Source: Wigglesworthia glossinidia endosymbiont of Glossina morsitans morsitans (Yale colony) (GTDB lineage: Bacteria; Pseudomonadota; Gammaproteobacteria; Enterobacterales; Enterobacteriaceae). Taken from it: a DNA stretch of 32,000 nt. Shown one piece after another: positions 1-9,556 of this stretch. Positions within the stretch are counted from its first letter, which is position 1, and every line of letters starts with the position of its first letter. A model generated the notes under the pieces. The model worked only from the letters and a program-made list of their open reading frames with translations, was not told the DNA's origin and searched no databases. Both the position numbers and the translations under genes were made by a program. The stretch is taken from assembly GCF_000247565.1 (NCBI RefSeq), contig NC_016893.1:330001-362000 (forward strand), written 5' to 3'.

Positions 1-1703
1 CAGATTATTATTATAATAAAAATCAATCTTTAGTTGAAGATTCAGTATACGACTTTAATTTATTAAAACTAAGTAAATTAGAACATAAATACCCGTTTTT
101 ACGTTCTCAAGATTCACCTACACAAGCAATAGGACAAGATTGTAATGTAAAACTTTTACAGATACAACATAAATCTTTAATGCTATCTTTAGATAGCATT
201 TCTAACAACACAGAATTATTCAAATTCAATAAAAAAATACAAAAAATTCTCAATACCGGAGAAGAAATCACATATTGTTGCGAATTAAAAATTGACGGAT
301 TAGCTATAAATTTAACATATGAATACGGAATACTCGTTCGAGCCTCTACTCGAGGAAATGGAGTTTTTGGCGAAGATGTAACAAAAAATGCCTTAATGAT
401 GCAAACAATACCGTATAATTTAAAAACAAATGATACTGCTTGTAAATATATAGAAATAAGAGGAGAAGTTTTTATTAATAAATCCAAATTTTTCAAACTT
501 AATGAAGTAGCTAAGTTAAATAATAAAAAATTATTTTCTAATCCGCGTAACGCTGCTTCGGGTTCTTTAAGACAAATTAATCCAAAGATTACAGAAAACA
601 GATATTTAATGTTTTATGCTTATGGAATTGGCTACTCAGATGGATATAAATTACCGGATAGTCAGTATAAAAGATTAAAAATTTTGAAATTATGGAACAT
701 ACCAACTAATCATTATACAAAGATTTGCGTAGGACTACATCAAATTGTTAATTATTACAATACAATTAAAAAAATTCGAAAAACTTTAGATTTTGAAATA
801 GATGGCATTGTAATAAAAGTAGACTCTATATTACATCAAAATAAAATAGGATGTGTTGCTAAAGCACCAAAATGGGCTATCGCTTATAAGTTTCCAGCAT
901 TAGAAAAAATTACAAAAATCATAAGTGTAGATTTTACTATCGGTCGTACAGGAATTGTAACACCTATAGCTCAAATTAAACCTGTATGTTTTTTAGGTAC
1001 AATTGTAAAATTTGTTTCTTTATATAATTTTAATGAAATAAATAGATTAAATGTTATGATTAATGATACCGTAATTGTAAAACATGTAGGAGAAGTCATT
1101 CCCAAAATTTCTAAAGTAATATTTTCGAAGCGTACAAAAAATGCAAAAAAAATTATTTTTCCTAAAAAATGTAAAATCTGCGATTCAGATATTATAAGTA
1201 TTGTAGGCAAAAAAAAATGGTACTGCAGTGGAGGTATCACATGTCATGCACAAAAAAAAGCAGCTTTAATACATTTTGCTTCTCGTAATGCTTTAAATAT
1301 TCGAGGCATGGGAAAAAAAATAATTTCTAAGCTAGTAGATAAAAAAATTTTAATTACTCCGGCAGATTTTTTTCGATTAGATCTCAAAAAAATTACACGT
1401 ATTAATAAAATTCAATTGAAATCCGGAAAAAATTTAATCAATTCTATTAAAAATTCTAAAGAAGTAAAATTACATCGTCTTATATACGGCTTAGGTATTC
1501 CCCAAGTCGGATTAACAACGTCTATAAATCTTGAGAATTACTATAAAACATATTACAATTTTATAAATTCTGATTTTCATTCATTATTAAAAATAAAAGA
1601 TATAGGTCAATCTACAGCTGTATGTATTAGAAAATTTTTAGAAAATAAAAATAACATAAGTTTTATACAAGATTTATTGCAACTAAACTTAAAAATAAAA
1701 TAA
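1..1703 (+). CDS. ligA: NAD+-dependent DNA ligase LigA, 5'-partial. The frame is open from the window start (codons from nt 3), so the ATG at 180 in the ORF track is internal.
   Basis: Translation from nt 3 reads DYYYNKNQSLVEDSVYDFNLLKLSKLEHKYPFLRSQDSPTQAIG...HKSLMLSLD, matching the LigA Ia/adenylation N-terminal region. The KxDG adenylation motif CELKIDG is present (Lys codon 288-290). The four-Cys zinc finger CKICDS...CSGGITC and the HhH region follow. The stop is TAA at 1701-1703. Confidence 0.95.
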   Translation, partial: DYYYNKNQSLVEDSVYDFNLLKLSKLEHKYPFLRSQDSPTQAIGQDCNVKLLQIQHKSLMLSLDSISNNTELFKFNKKIQKILNTGEEITYCCELKIDGLAINLTYEYGILVRASTRGNGVFGEDVTKNALMMQTIPYNLKTNDTACKYIEIRGEVFINKSKFFKLNEVAKLNNKKLFSNPRNAASGSLRQINPKITENRYLMFYAYGIGYSDGYKLPDSQYKRLKILKLWNIPTNHYTKICVGLHQIVNYYNTIKKIRKTLDFEIDGIVIKVDSILHQNKIGCVAKAPKWAIAYKFPALEKITKIISVDFTIGRTGIVTPIAQIKPVCFLGTIVKFVSLYNFNEINRLNVMINDTVIVKHVGEVIPKISKVIFSKRTKNAKKIIFPKKCKICDSDIISIVGKKKWYCSGGITCHAQKKAALIHFASRNALNIRGMGKKIISKLVDKKILITPADFFRLDLKKITRINKIQLKSGKNLINSIKNSKEVKLHRLIYGLGIPQVGLTTSINLENYYKTYYNFINSDFHSLLKIKDIGQSTAVCIRKFLENKNNISFIQDLLQLNLKIK

Positions 1704-1988
1704 TTTACTTTCTTTTTCAAAGAATTAATCAACAACAACAATTATATGATATAAAATCTGAATAATAGAAAATAAAAAATTTTATATAAAATCTATTTTA
1801 CATTAAACAATTATCTTTTTAAGATAAAAATGAACAATATGCATATTAATTTATGATATGTACAGAATTTATTGAACTTCAAAAAAAATATAAGATTAAT
1901 TCTTGCAATATTTTTTATTTTTAAAATTAAAATAAATTAATGTCAAAATGTTTAACTAACTTAAAATCAATAAATACGAGATAAAAGG

Positions 1989-4900
1989 ATGGACAATAAC
2001 ATATTAGGTGTTAAATTAGACGACAAATTACTCCATCGTATCGAAAAACTATCAAATCGGTTAAATCGTACGCCGAATTGGTTAGTAAAACAAGCAATTT
2101 TTCTTCATCTTGATACGTTGGAAAAAACATTAAAATCTAATAAAAAAATTGAAAATTTAAATAATTCTGAAAACGAAAAATATTTAATAAATACAGAAAG
2201 TTTTTCGCAACCTTTTTTTGACTTTGCCCAACAAATATTACCTCAATCACATTTACGTTCACGAGTTACCAGGTCATGGAGCATTGCTGAAACTAAAATT
2301 TTGCCTAAATTGTTAGACTTAGCAAATTGCGACGAAAATACAGAACAAAAAATTTATAAATTGTCAAAAATTTTAGTAACAGGACTAAGAAAAAAGAAAA
2401 AAAGATATAACAGAGAACAAATCATACAAGATTTATTGCAAGAATTTCCATTATCTTCTCAAGAAGGCGTTGCTCTTATGTGTCTTGCAGAAGCGTTATT
2501 AAGAGTTCCAGATATTAATACTCGTGACGCTTTAATTAAAGACAAAATAAAAAATAGAAACTGGAAGAGTCATTTTGGAACAAAAAAAAGCTTATTTGTA
2601 AATTCTGCCATCTGGGGGTTATGTTTAACAAATACTATAATTCAAAAATATACAGAAGAAAATTTATCTCATGCTTTAAATAAAGTAATTAAAAGAATTG
2701 GAGAACCTATTATTAGAAAAGGCGTAAACGTAGCCATGCAATTAATGGGTAAACAATTTGTAGTAGGCGAAGATATACAACAAGCGTTAAAAAATACTCA
2801 AAATTTAGAAAAAACAGGGTTTACGTATTCTTATGATATGCTCGGAGAATCTGCAGTTACAGAAGAAGATGCGCAATCATATATGTCATCATATGAAAAT
2901 GCGATTCATTGCATCGGAAAAGCATCTTTAAAAAAAGGCATTTATCATGGATCAGGAATTTCAGTAAAATTATCTGCGCTACATCCTCGTTATTCTAGAA
3001 ACCATTATAATCAAATTATGTCCGAATTATATCCTAGATTACACACCTTAACCGTATTAGCAAAAAATTATGATATAGGAATAAACATTGATGCAGAAGA
3101 AGCTAATCGACTCGAAATATCTTTAGATCTTTTAGAACGATTATGCTGTGAACCATCATTAAGCGGATGGAATGGAATTGGTTTTGTAATACAAGCTTAC
3201 CAAAAACGCTGTATGTATGTAATTGACGAATTAGTAGATATCGCGAAACGTACAAAAAGACGCCTTATGATACGACTCGTAAAAGGTGCATATTGGGATA
3301 GTGAAATAAAAAATGCACAAATAGAAGGAATAGAAGATTATCCAGTATTTACACGAAAAGTATATACAGATGTGTCATATTTAGCATGCGCAAAAAAATT
3401 ATTGTCACAAGCGAATTACATATATCCTCAATTTGCCACACATAATGCGCAAACAGTAGCGTCTATTTATTACTTTGCAGGTAATAACTATTACCCGGGG
3501 CAGTACGAATTTCAATGTTTACATGGCATGGGAGAACAATTATATAAACAAGTTGTGGGAAAAAATAATGATAAAAAACTAAATCGACCATGTCGTATTT
3601 ACGCACCAGTCGGAACGCACAAAACATTATTAGCATATTTAGTACGTAGAATATTAGAAAATGGAGCAAATAATTCTTTTATAAATCGTATTTCAGATCA
3701 TACTATTCCAATTGAAAAACTTATTCTTAGTCCAATTTCAGAAGTCAAACAAATAGCACAAAAAGAAAATATTTTAATTGGAGCTTCGAATCCAAATATT
3801 CCTGCACCGATTCATTTATATGGATTAGAGAGAAAAAATTCTATTGGATTAAATCTTGCAAATGAAAATGTTTTAGCAAAATTATCCTCTGACTTATTTA
3901 AGAATAAAACAAATAAATGGAAAATTTATCCAAAAATTTCAGGGAAAATAGATACAGGTCCTATAAAAATTATTAAAAATCCTGCAAATAAAAATGACAT
4001 TATAGGAGAATGTCAACAAGCAACTATTCAAGATGTAGAATCTGCTTTGGTTAGTTCCGTAAAAGGAATAAAAAAATGGGCATCTATAGAACCCATAAAA
4101 AGAAGTGAAATTTTACAAGAAGCTGCTAATAAAATCGAAAATAATATAGAAATATTTATTGGATTATTAGTACGCGAAGCAGGAAAAACTTTTTCTAATG
4201 CAATTTCGGAAATTAGGGAATCTATTGATTTTTTACGATATTATGCTTATCAAATAAAAAACTTGCAAAATAAAGATTATTGTCCATTAGGGTGTGTTGT
4301 ATGTATTAGTCCATGGAATTTTCCACTTGCTATTTTTATCGGTCAACTATCAGCTGCATTAGCAGCCGGAAATGTTGTAATTGCAAAACCGGCAGAACAA
4401 ACTCCGATTGTTGCATATAAAGCAATTCAGTTAATGTTAGATTCTGGAATTCCTGAAGATGTTTTGCAATTTTTACCTGGCAGCGGCAAAATTATCGGAG
4501 AAGCTTTGTCAAAAGATCAAAGAACTCATGGCGTTATGTTCACGGGATCTACACAAGTTGCACGATTATTACAAAAAAACTTATCTGATAGATTAAGCAG
4601 TAACGGATCTCCTATCCCACTTATTGCAGAAACTGGTGGATTAAATGCTATGATTGTTGATTCATCTGCACTAACAGAACAAGTAATAAACGATGTTATT
4701 ATCTCAGCATTTGACAGTGCAGGTCAGCGTTGTTCAGCTTTACGTTTATTATGCATTCAAGAAGACGTAGCTGACCGTACTTTACATATGTTAAAAGGAG
4801 CAATTAATACCTACAATATAGGTAACCCGGAGCATCTCGATATCGATATAGGCCCAGTTATTGATAAAAATGCAAAATTTAAAATTGATCAACACGTATC

Positions 4901-5933
4901 AAATATGCAAAAAAATAACTATGTAGTATGGCAAAGTGAAGCAAATAGAAATTATTCATGTGATTTAGGAAATTTTGTTTTACCAACTTTAATAGAACTT
5001 AATAATATCAGTGAAATTAAAGAAGAAATTTTTGGTCCAGTTTTACATGTAATTAAATATAAGTATGAAGAAATGGATAAAATTATTCAAGAAATTAATT
5101 CTACTGGATATGGATTAACGCTTGGAATACATTCCCGAATAGAAGAAAAAATAGATAAAATTGTAAATTCTGTAAAAGTCGGTAATATCTATGTTAATAG
5201 AAATATTGTTGGAGCTGTAGTAGGAGTACAACCTTTCGGGGGAGAAAATCTATCTGGTACTGGACCAAAAGCAGGCGGACCATTGTATTTATATAGGTTA
5301 TTCTCTGATAGAAAAAACGAAAACTTATTATCATTAAAAAATTTAAATAAAAAAGATATTAATAAAATATACCGTAAAAAGATAGAAAATTTATCTATTC
5401 ATTTTCTTGAATGGATATCCATGAATTATCCCGAGCTAGAAAAATACTGTAGTAAATTTATAAAAATGTCAAAATCAGGAACAACATGCAATTTAATCGG
5501 TCCAACTGGAGAAGAAAATAATTATCTGCTCTTACCAAGGGAAAGAGTACTGTGTTTATCGGATAATGAACACGACTTAATAATTCAATTATCAGCGATC
5601 ACTAGTTTAGGAGGAAAATCTATTTTATCACATACACCAATAAGTCAAAAAATTTTTTCTATTTTGCCAAAATCTTTAATGCAAAATATCATTTTAGTGC
5701 CAAATTGGAAAAGAGAACATGTAAATTTTGATTCAATTTTCTTTCATGGATCTCCTGAAGATCTCAAAGATATTTTAAAATTTTTATCAGAAAGACCCGG
5801 GCCTGTTATTACAGTACATAGCCATGCTAAAGGGACAAGAAAAATATTTTTAGAACGCTTTTTAATTGAAAGAACAATCAGCACTAATACTACTGCTGCA
5901 GGAGGGAATACAACATTATTAAACATAGCATGA
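1989..5933 (+). CDS. putA: Trifunctional PutA: an N-terminal ribbon-helix-helix DNA-binding domain, proline dehydrogenase and delta-1-pyrroline-5-carboxylate dehydrogenase.
   Basis: The 1314-aa ORF is collinear with my recollection of E. coli PutA (about 1320 aa). Shared motifs include the RHH LGVKLDD...RTPNWLVKQAIF, QEGVALMCLAEALLRVPD, YSYDMLGE, LMIRLVKGAYWDSEIK, ISPWNFPLAIF, IAETGGLNAMIVDSSAL, QRCSALR and GVQPFGGENLSGTGPKAGGP. Confidence 0.97.
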   Translation: MDNNILGVKLDDKLLHRIEKLSNRLNRTPNWLVKQAIFLHLDTLEKTLKSNKKIENLNNSENEKYLINTESFSQPFFDFAQQILPQSHLRSRVTRSWSIAETKILPKLLDLANCDENTEQKIYKLSKILVTGLRKKKKRYNREQIIQDLLQEFPLSSQEGVALMCLAEALLRVPDINTRDALIKDKIKNRNWKSHFGTKKSLFVNSAIWGLCLTNTIIQKYTEENLSHALNKVIKRIGEPIIRKGVNVAMQLMGKQFVVGEDIQQALKNTQNLEKTGFTYSYDMLGESAVTEEDAQSYMSSYENAIHCIGKASLKKGIYHGSGISVKLSALHPRYSRNHYNQIMSELYPRLHTLTVLAKNYDIGINIDAEEANRLEISLDLLERLCCEPSLSGWNGIGFVIQAYQKRCMYVIDELVDIAKRTKRRLMIRLVKGAYWDSEIKNAQIEGIEDYPVFTRKVYTDVSYLACAKKLLSQANYIYPQFATHNAQTVASIYYFAGNNYYPGQYEFQCLHGMGEQLYKQVVGKNNDKKLNRPCRIYAPVGTHKTLLAYLVRRILENGANNSFINRISDHTIPIEKLILSPISEVKQIAQKENILIGASNPNIPAPIHLYGLERKNSIGLNLANENVLAKLSSDLFKNKTNKWKIYPKISGKIDTGPIKIIKNPANKNDIIGECQQATIQDVESALVSSVKGIKKWASIEPIKRSEILQEAANKIENNIEIFIGLLVREAGKTFSNAISEIRESIDFLRYYAYQIKNLQNKDYCPLGCVVCISPWNFPLAIFIGQLSAALAAGNVVIAKPAEQTPIVAYKAIQLMLDSGIPEDVLQFLPGSGKIIGEALSKDQRTHGVMFTGSTQVARLLQKNLSDRLSSNGSPIPLIAETGGLNAMIVDSSALTEQVINDVIISAFDSAGQRCSALRLLCIQEDVADRTLHMLKGAINTYNIGNPEHLDIDIGPVIDKNAKFKIDQHVSNMQKNNYVVWQSEANRNYSCDLGNFVLPTLIELNNISEIKEEIFGPVLHVIKYKYEEMDKIIQEINSTGYGLTLGIHSRIEEKIDKIVNSVKVGNIYVNRNIVGAVVGVQPFGGENLSGTGPKAGGPLYLYRLFSDRKNENLLSLKNLNKKDINKIYRKKIENLSIHFLEWISMNYPELEKYCSKFIKMSKSGTTCNLIGPTGEENNYLLLPRERVLCLSDNEHDLIIQLSAITSLGGKSILSHTPISQKIFSILPKSLMQNIILVPNWKREHVNFDSIFFHGSPEDLKDILKFLSERPGPVITVHSHAKGTRKIFLERFLIERTISTNTTAAGGNTTLLNIA

Positions 5934-6040
5934 TTCTAAAAAGTTTAATAAGATTTGAAATACCATACTTTTTAAATTTAAAATATTCGGAATTGAATCA
6001 AACGATAATATAAAATTAAAATGATAATTATGAAATTTTT

Positions 6041-6370
6041 CTAGATTTTTTTGATGTTATTTGTTTGCAAAGTTTGTGTATTATGCTCTGATATAGCACG
6101 AGAAACTGTATCTTTCAAAGACTGGATACCACGATCTATACTTACAGTATAGTTTTGAAATTTAGCTTTTTCTTGATTAAGATCGTAACATATGTTTAAA
6201 GCAGAAATAAAAAGTAATTGTTCTACATTAGAAATTTTAGTACGCTCTTTAAGTTCTTGTAATTGTTTTTCTAAATACTTTGCGGCCCGGTTAAGTTCTG
6301 CGCGTTTTTCCTCAGGGCAATTAATACGTAATGTACGTCCAAATATTTGAATATCTACCGGTTGTTCCAT
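6041..6370 (-). CDS. zapA: Cell division protein ZapA (Z-ring associated).
   Basis: The 109-aa ORF begins MEQPVDIQIFGRTLRINCP and continues LKERTKISNVEQLLFISALNICYDLNQEKAK, closely parallel to E. coli ZapA. It is divergent from pepP, as in E. coli. Confidence 0.9.
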   Translation of the reverse strand: MEQPVDIQIFGRTLRINCPEEKRAELNRAAKYLEKQLQELKERTKISNVEQLLFISALNICYDLNQEKAKFQNYTVSIDRGIQSLKDTVSRAISEHNTQTLQTNNIKKI

Positions 6371-6534
6371 GATGATAAATCCATTTTTATTAAAAAATTA
6401 TTATTTATTAAAAAAAAATTATATACTAAATTTTAACATGCAACTAACAATTAAAGTATTTAATAAATTATTTTATAATAATAGATTTTTTTTATAAAAA
6501 AATTAATTTTTAAATATAACAACTTAAATTTTAT

Positions 6535-7845
6535 ATGTATCAAGAATATCTCAATAGAAGAAAAAAATTATTTGCACAAATGGCTCCAGAAAGTGCTACT
6601 TTAATTTTTGCAGCTGCAGAGAATAACAAAAATTTTGATTATAATTTTCAGTATAGACAAGATAAAAATTTTTTTTATTTTACTGGATTTAATGAACCTC
6701 AAGCATTATTTATTTTGATAAAACGTCATAACAATAATCAATGTATAATATTTAACCAAAAAAAAAACACTAATAACAAACAATGGTTTGGGAGCAACTT
6801 AGGACAAAAATCTGCTTTAAAAAAATTATATGTTAATTATTCGTATACATGGAATGATATTGAAAATAGATTGTATTTAATTTTAAATTATTTACATGTT
6901 GTTTATTATGCAATAGGATTGAATGAAAAGTACGATAAAATATTTTTTTTAACTCTAGAAAAACTAAGATTAAAATCAAAAAAAAATAAAAAATTTTGTG
7001 CTCCAAAACGTATTTTAGATTGGAGACTGTTCGTATATAAAATGCGTTTAATTAAATCAAAACAAGAAATTTATTTTATTCAAAAAGCTTGTGATATCAG
7101 TATTCTCGCGCATATTAGGGCTATTAAATTTTGTCAACCAAAAAGATATGAATACGAATTAGTTGCAGAAATTCATCATGAATTTCTACGTAATGGTTGT
7201 CTAACTAATTCTTACAATACTATTGTAGGTAGCGGCGAGAATTCTTGCATTTTACACTATACAAAAAATAATAAAAAAATGAAAAATGGTGAATTAGTGT
7301 TGATTGATGCAGGCTGTGAATATTGTAATTATACCAGTGATATTACTAGAACCATTCCAGTGAATGGAATCTTTTTAAAAGAACAACGTATTATATATCA
7401 TATTGTACTAGATATGTTAAATCTTGCTTTAAAATTGTTTAAGCCAAACATAAAAATTAAAATAATTAATATTCAAGTAATTCAGTTACTATTATCAAAA
7501 CTTAAATCAATTGGGTTAATTAATGGCACCATAAATCAATTAATGCATACAAAAATATATAAAAAATTTTTTATGCATCGACTATGTCATTGGATTGGAC
7601 TGAGTGTACATGATTGCGAATATATGCCGTGTAATGATAATACAATTTTAAAACCTGGAATGACTCTAGCTGTAGAACCTGGAATTTATATTCCAAAAAA
7701 TAATAATATTCCATTTTTATATCGTGGAATAGGGATTCGTATTGAGGAAAATATTGTTATTACTTCTAAAGGAAACAAAATTTTTACTCAAAATTTAATT
7801 AAAACACCTAATGAAATTGAAAAACTAATGCGTAAACCTATATGA
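6535..7845 (+). CDS. pepP: Xaa-Pro aminopeptidase (aminopeptidase P, M24B family).
   Basis: The ORF is 436 aa. The M24 metal ligands are in context: LIDAGCEY..SDITRT (two Asp), HWIGLSVHD (His), LAVEPGIY (Glu) and GIRIEENI (Glu). It sits immediately upstream of ubiH, as in E. coli. Confidence 0.92.
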   Translation: MYQEYLNRRKKLFAQMAPESATLIFAAAENNKNFDYNFQYRQDKNFFYFTGFNEPQALFILIKRHNNNQCIIFNQKKNTNNKQWFGSNLGQKSALKKLYVNYSYTWNDIENRLYLILNYLHVVYYAIGLNEKYDKIFFLTLEKLRLKSKKNKKFCAPKRILDWRLFVYKMRLIKSKQEIYFIQKACDISILAHIRAIKFCQPKRYEYELVAEIHHEFLRNGCLTNSYNTIVGSGENSCILHYTKNNKKMKNGELVLIDAGCEYCNYTSDITRTIPVNGIFLKEQRIIYHIVLDMLNLALKLFKPNIKIKIINIQVIQLLLSKLKSIGLINGTINQLMHTKIYKKFFMHRLCHWIGLSVHDCEYMPCNDNTILKPGMTLAVEPGIYIPKNNNIPFLYRGIGIRIEENIVITSKGNKIFTQNLIKTPNEIEKLMRKPI

Positions 7846-9029
7846 AACTTACTATCATCGGAGGAGGTATTGTTGGACTTGTATTTGCTTTAGCGTTATC
7901 ACACCTTAGTAATAATCAAATTATTATTGATTTAGTAGAAGTTAACAAACCCGAAAATTATAATAGAAAGTTCTGTTATGATCGTACTATAGCGATATCT
8001 TATTATACATATTATGTATTAAAAGATATGAAAATCTGGAATCATTTTATCAAATACGTTACTAAAATATCCACTATAGAAGTAAGCGATCAAAATAATT
8101 TAAGTAAAATTCAAATTTTTTCTCATGATTTTTTATTACCTTTTTTTGGTTATACAATTTCTTCACAACTTATGAGATCAAAATTATTTCAATTATTAAA
8201 AACAAAAAATAATATTTACGTTCATTGCCCCGCAAAACCTATAAAAATTATCCGAGAAAAATATAACAATATTGTTCTCTTAGATAATGGAAAGAAATTA
8301 ATTAGTCAACTTATAGTAGTTGCAGATGGAATGCGTACAAATATAGCAAATCAATTTAACATTACTTATACACAATATTCTTATAAATCAATTGCTATGT
8401 CTAGTAAAATATATACTACTTTTTCTCATAATTTTTGTGCTTTTGAAAAATTTTTATCATCAGGATCTTTAGCTTTTTTGCCATTAAAATTTAATATTGG
8501 CGCTATAGTTTGGTGTTTTCCAGAAAATCAACTTAACATGATTAAATCTTGGAATAAAAAAAAATTATCACAAAAAATACAAAAGATCTTCGGATCAAGT
8601 CTTGGTGCTTTATATGTTTTTGAAAATCAACAATATGTTAATTTAAGTCTTAAAATTGCTAATCAACATATTTCACACAGATTGGTGTTAATCGGCAACT
8701 CCGCGCAAGTTATACATCCTATTGCAGGACAAGGATTAAATTTAGGTATTCGAGATGCAATATCATTGGCTAGAATATTAAGGAATGCTTCAAAAAAACA
8801 TATAGATCTTGGAAACTATAATATTTTATTAAAATATCAAAATTCAAGAAAAATAGATCAATCAAAAACGATATATATAACAAATTTTTTAATAGATCTT
8901 TTTGCTAATCGTACCCCTTATTTTGTATTAATGAGAAATTTAGGATTGTATATTTCAAATATTTTTCCTTGTTTAGTAAAACAATTTATTAAAAATATGT
9001 TTTTGAATAAAAATTTTTATTTCAATTAA
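7842..9029 (+). CDS. ubiH: FAD-dependent ubiquinone biosynthesis hydroxylase (2-octaprenyl-6-methoxyphenol hydroxylase, UbiH type).
   Basis: The ORF is 395 aa with the N-terminal dinucleotide fold IIGGGIVG. It also carries the VVADG and GNSAQVIHPIAGQGLNLGIRD motifs. There is a 4-nt ATGA overlap with pepP. Assignment to ubiH rather than ubiI or ubiF rests on the pepP-ubiH synteny. Confidence 0.85.
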   Translation: MKLTIIGGGIVGLVFALALSHLSNNQIIIDLVEVNKPENYNRKFCYDRTIAISYYTYYVLKDMKIWNHFIKYVTKISTIEVSDQNNLSKIQIFSHDFLLPFFGYTISSQLMRSKLFQLLKTKNNIYVHCPAKPIKIIREKYNNIVLLDNGKKLISQLIVVADGMRTNIANQFNITYTQYSYKSIAMSSKIYTTFSHNFCAFEKFLSSGSLAFLPLKFNIGAIVWCFPENQLNMIKSWNKKKLSQKIQKIFGSSLGALYVFENQQYVNLSLKIANQHISHRLVLIGNSAQVIHPIAGQGLNLGIRDAISLARILRNASKKHIDLGNYNILLKYQNSRKIDQSKTIYITNFLIDLFANRTPYFVLMRNLGLYISNIFPCLVKQFIKNMFLNKNFYFN

Positions 9030-9556
9030 ATTTGAATATGTATTAACTATAAAACTTAAGCTATTTTAATGATTTGAAAAATTTATTTTTTTATAATTTT
9101 ATATTGCATACAATAGAAATTGTACGATTTTACTTTTTTACTATTAAAAAAGTTATTATTTATTTTTATCACATTTTTTTATTTAATCGATTTAATAAAA
9201 TTTTGCTTTATTATTTTTTTTAAAAAATTAAAATTTATTTATTAAATAATACTTTTAATTAAATTAAATGTAGTTTATAAAAAAATAGAATTTTTATTTA
9301 ATTTATTTTCAATATTTTAGAAAAATTTTTTCAAAAAATTTAATAAAATTTTTTTGAATAAATATTACTAATATAATTAGTACATATTGTATATAAAATA
9401 TAATATACTTTAAAATTATATTTAAAATATAAAAAATGAAATTTTTAATAAAATCTTTAATTATGTGATACATACTAAATTAAAAACTTCAATTTATTAT
9501 TTTAATTTGCAGTTGCATTTAAAGTGCATTTCTAACTAATAAACATGAGAAAGTAA

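Noticed and set aside
107-496. A 129-aa minus-strand ORF antisense to ligA. The ORF track lists similar antisense or off-frame ORFs, on either strand, at 971-1240, 3463-3669, 5744-5926, 11043-11249, 11691-11939, 13639-13854, 14272-14541, 14707-14922, 15593-15802, 18529-18723, 21073-21264, 21696-21890, 23815-24024 and 29947-30150.
   Set aside because: Nearly all lie inside strongly homology-supported genes on the opposite strand or in another frame. The ORF at 11043-11249 also extends into the spacer upstream of psd. They encode low-complexity, hydrophobic or Ile/Phe/Lys-rich peptides typical of AT-rich antisense frames and lack ribosome-binding sites. They are the expected by-product of stop-codon-poor antisense frames.
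1704-1730. A small hairpin ttcttt-ttc-aaagaa just after the ligA stop, considered as a terminator.
   Set aside because: The stem is only 6 bp with a single G:C pair, and no U-tract follows. It cannot be distinguished from background.
5934-6040. Possible 6S RNA (ssrS), which lies immediately downstream of zapA in E. coli.
   Set aside because: Only 107 bp separate the zapA stop from the convergent putA stop, too short for an RNA of about 180 nt. I could not recognise the conserved 6S closing stem or central bubble sequence. A covariance-model search (Rfam RF00013) would be the decisive test.
9190-9352. A duplicated 15-mer ATTTAATAAAATTTT in the ubiH-DedA spacer, considered as a possible repeat element or binding-site pair.
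   Set aside because: The sequence is low-complexity A/T only. In DNA this AT-rich, an exact 15-mer recurrence within about 500 bp is only mildly unexpected. It is noted inside the spacer finding but not called as a feature.
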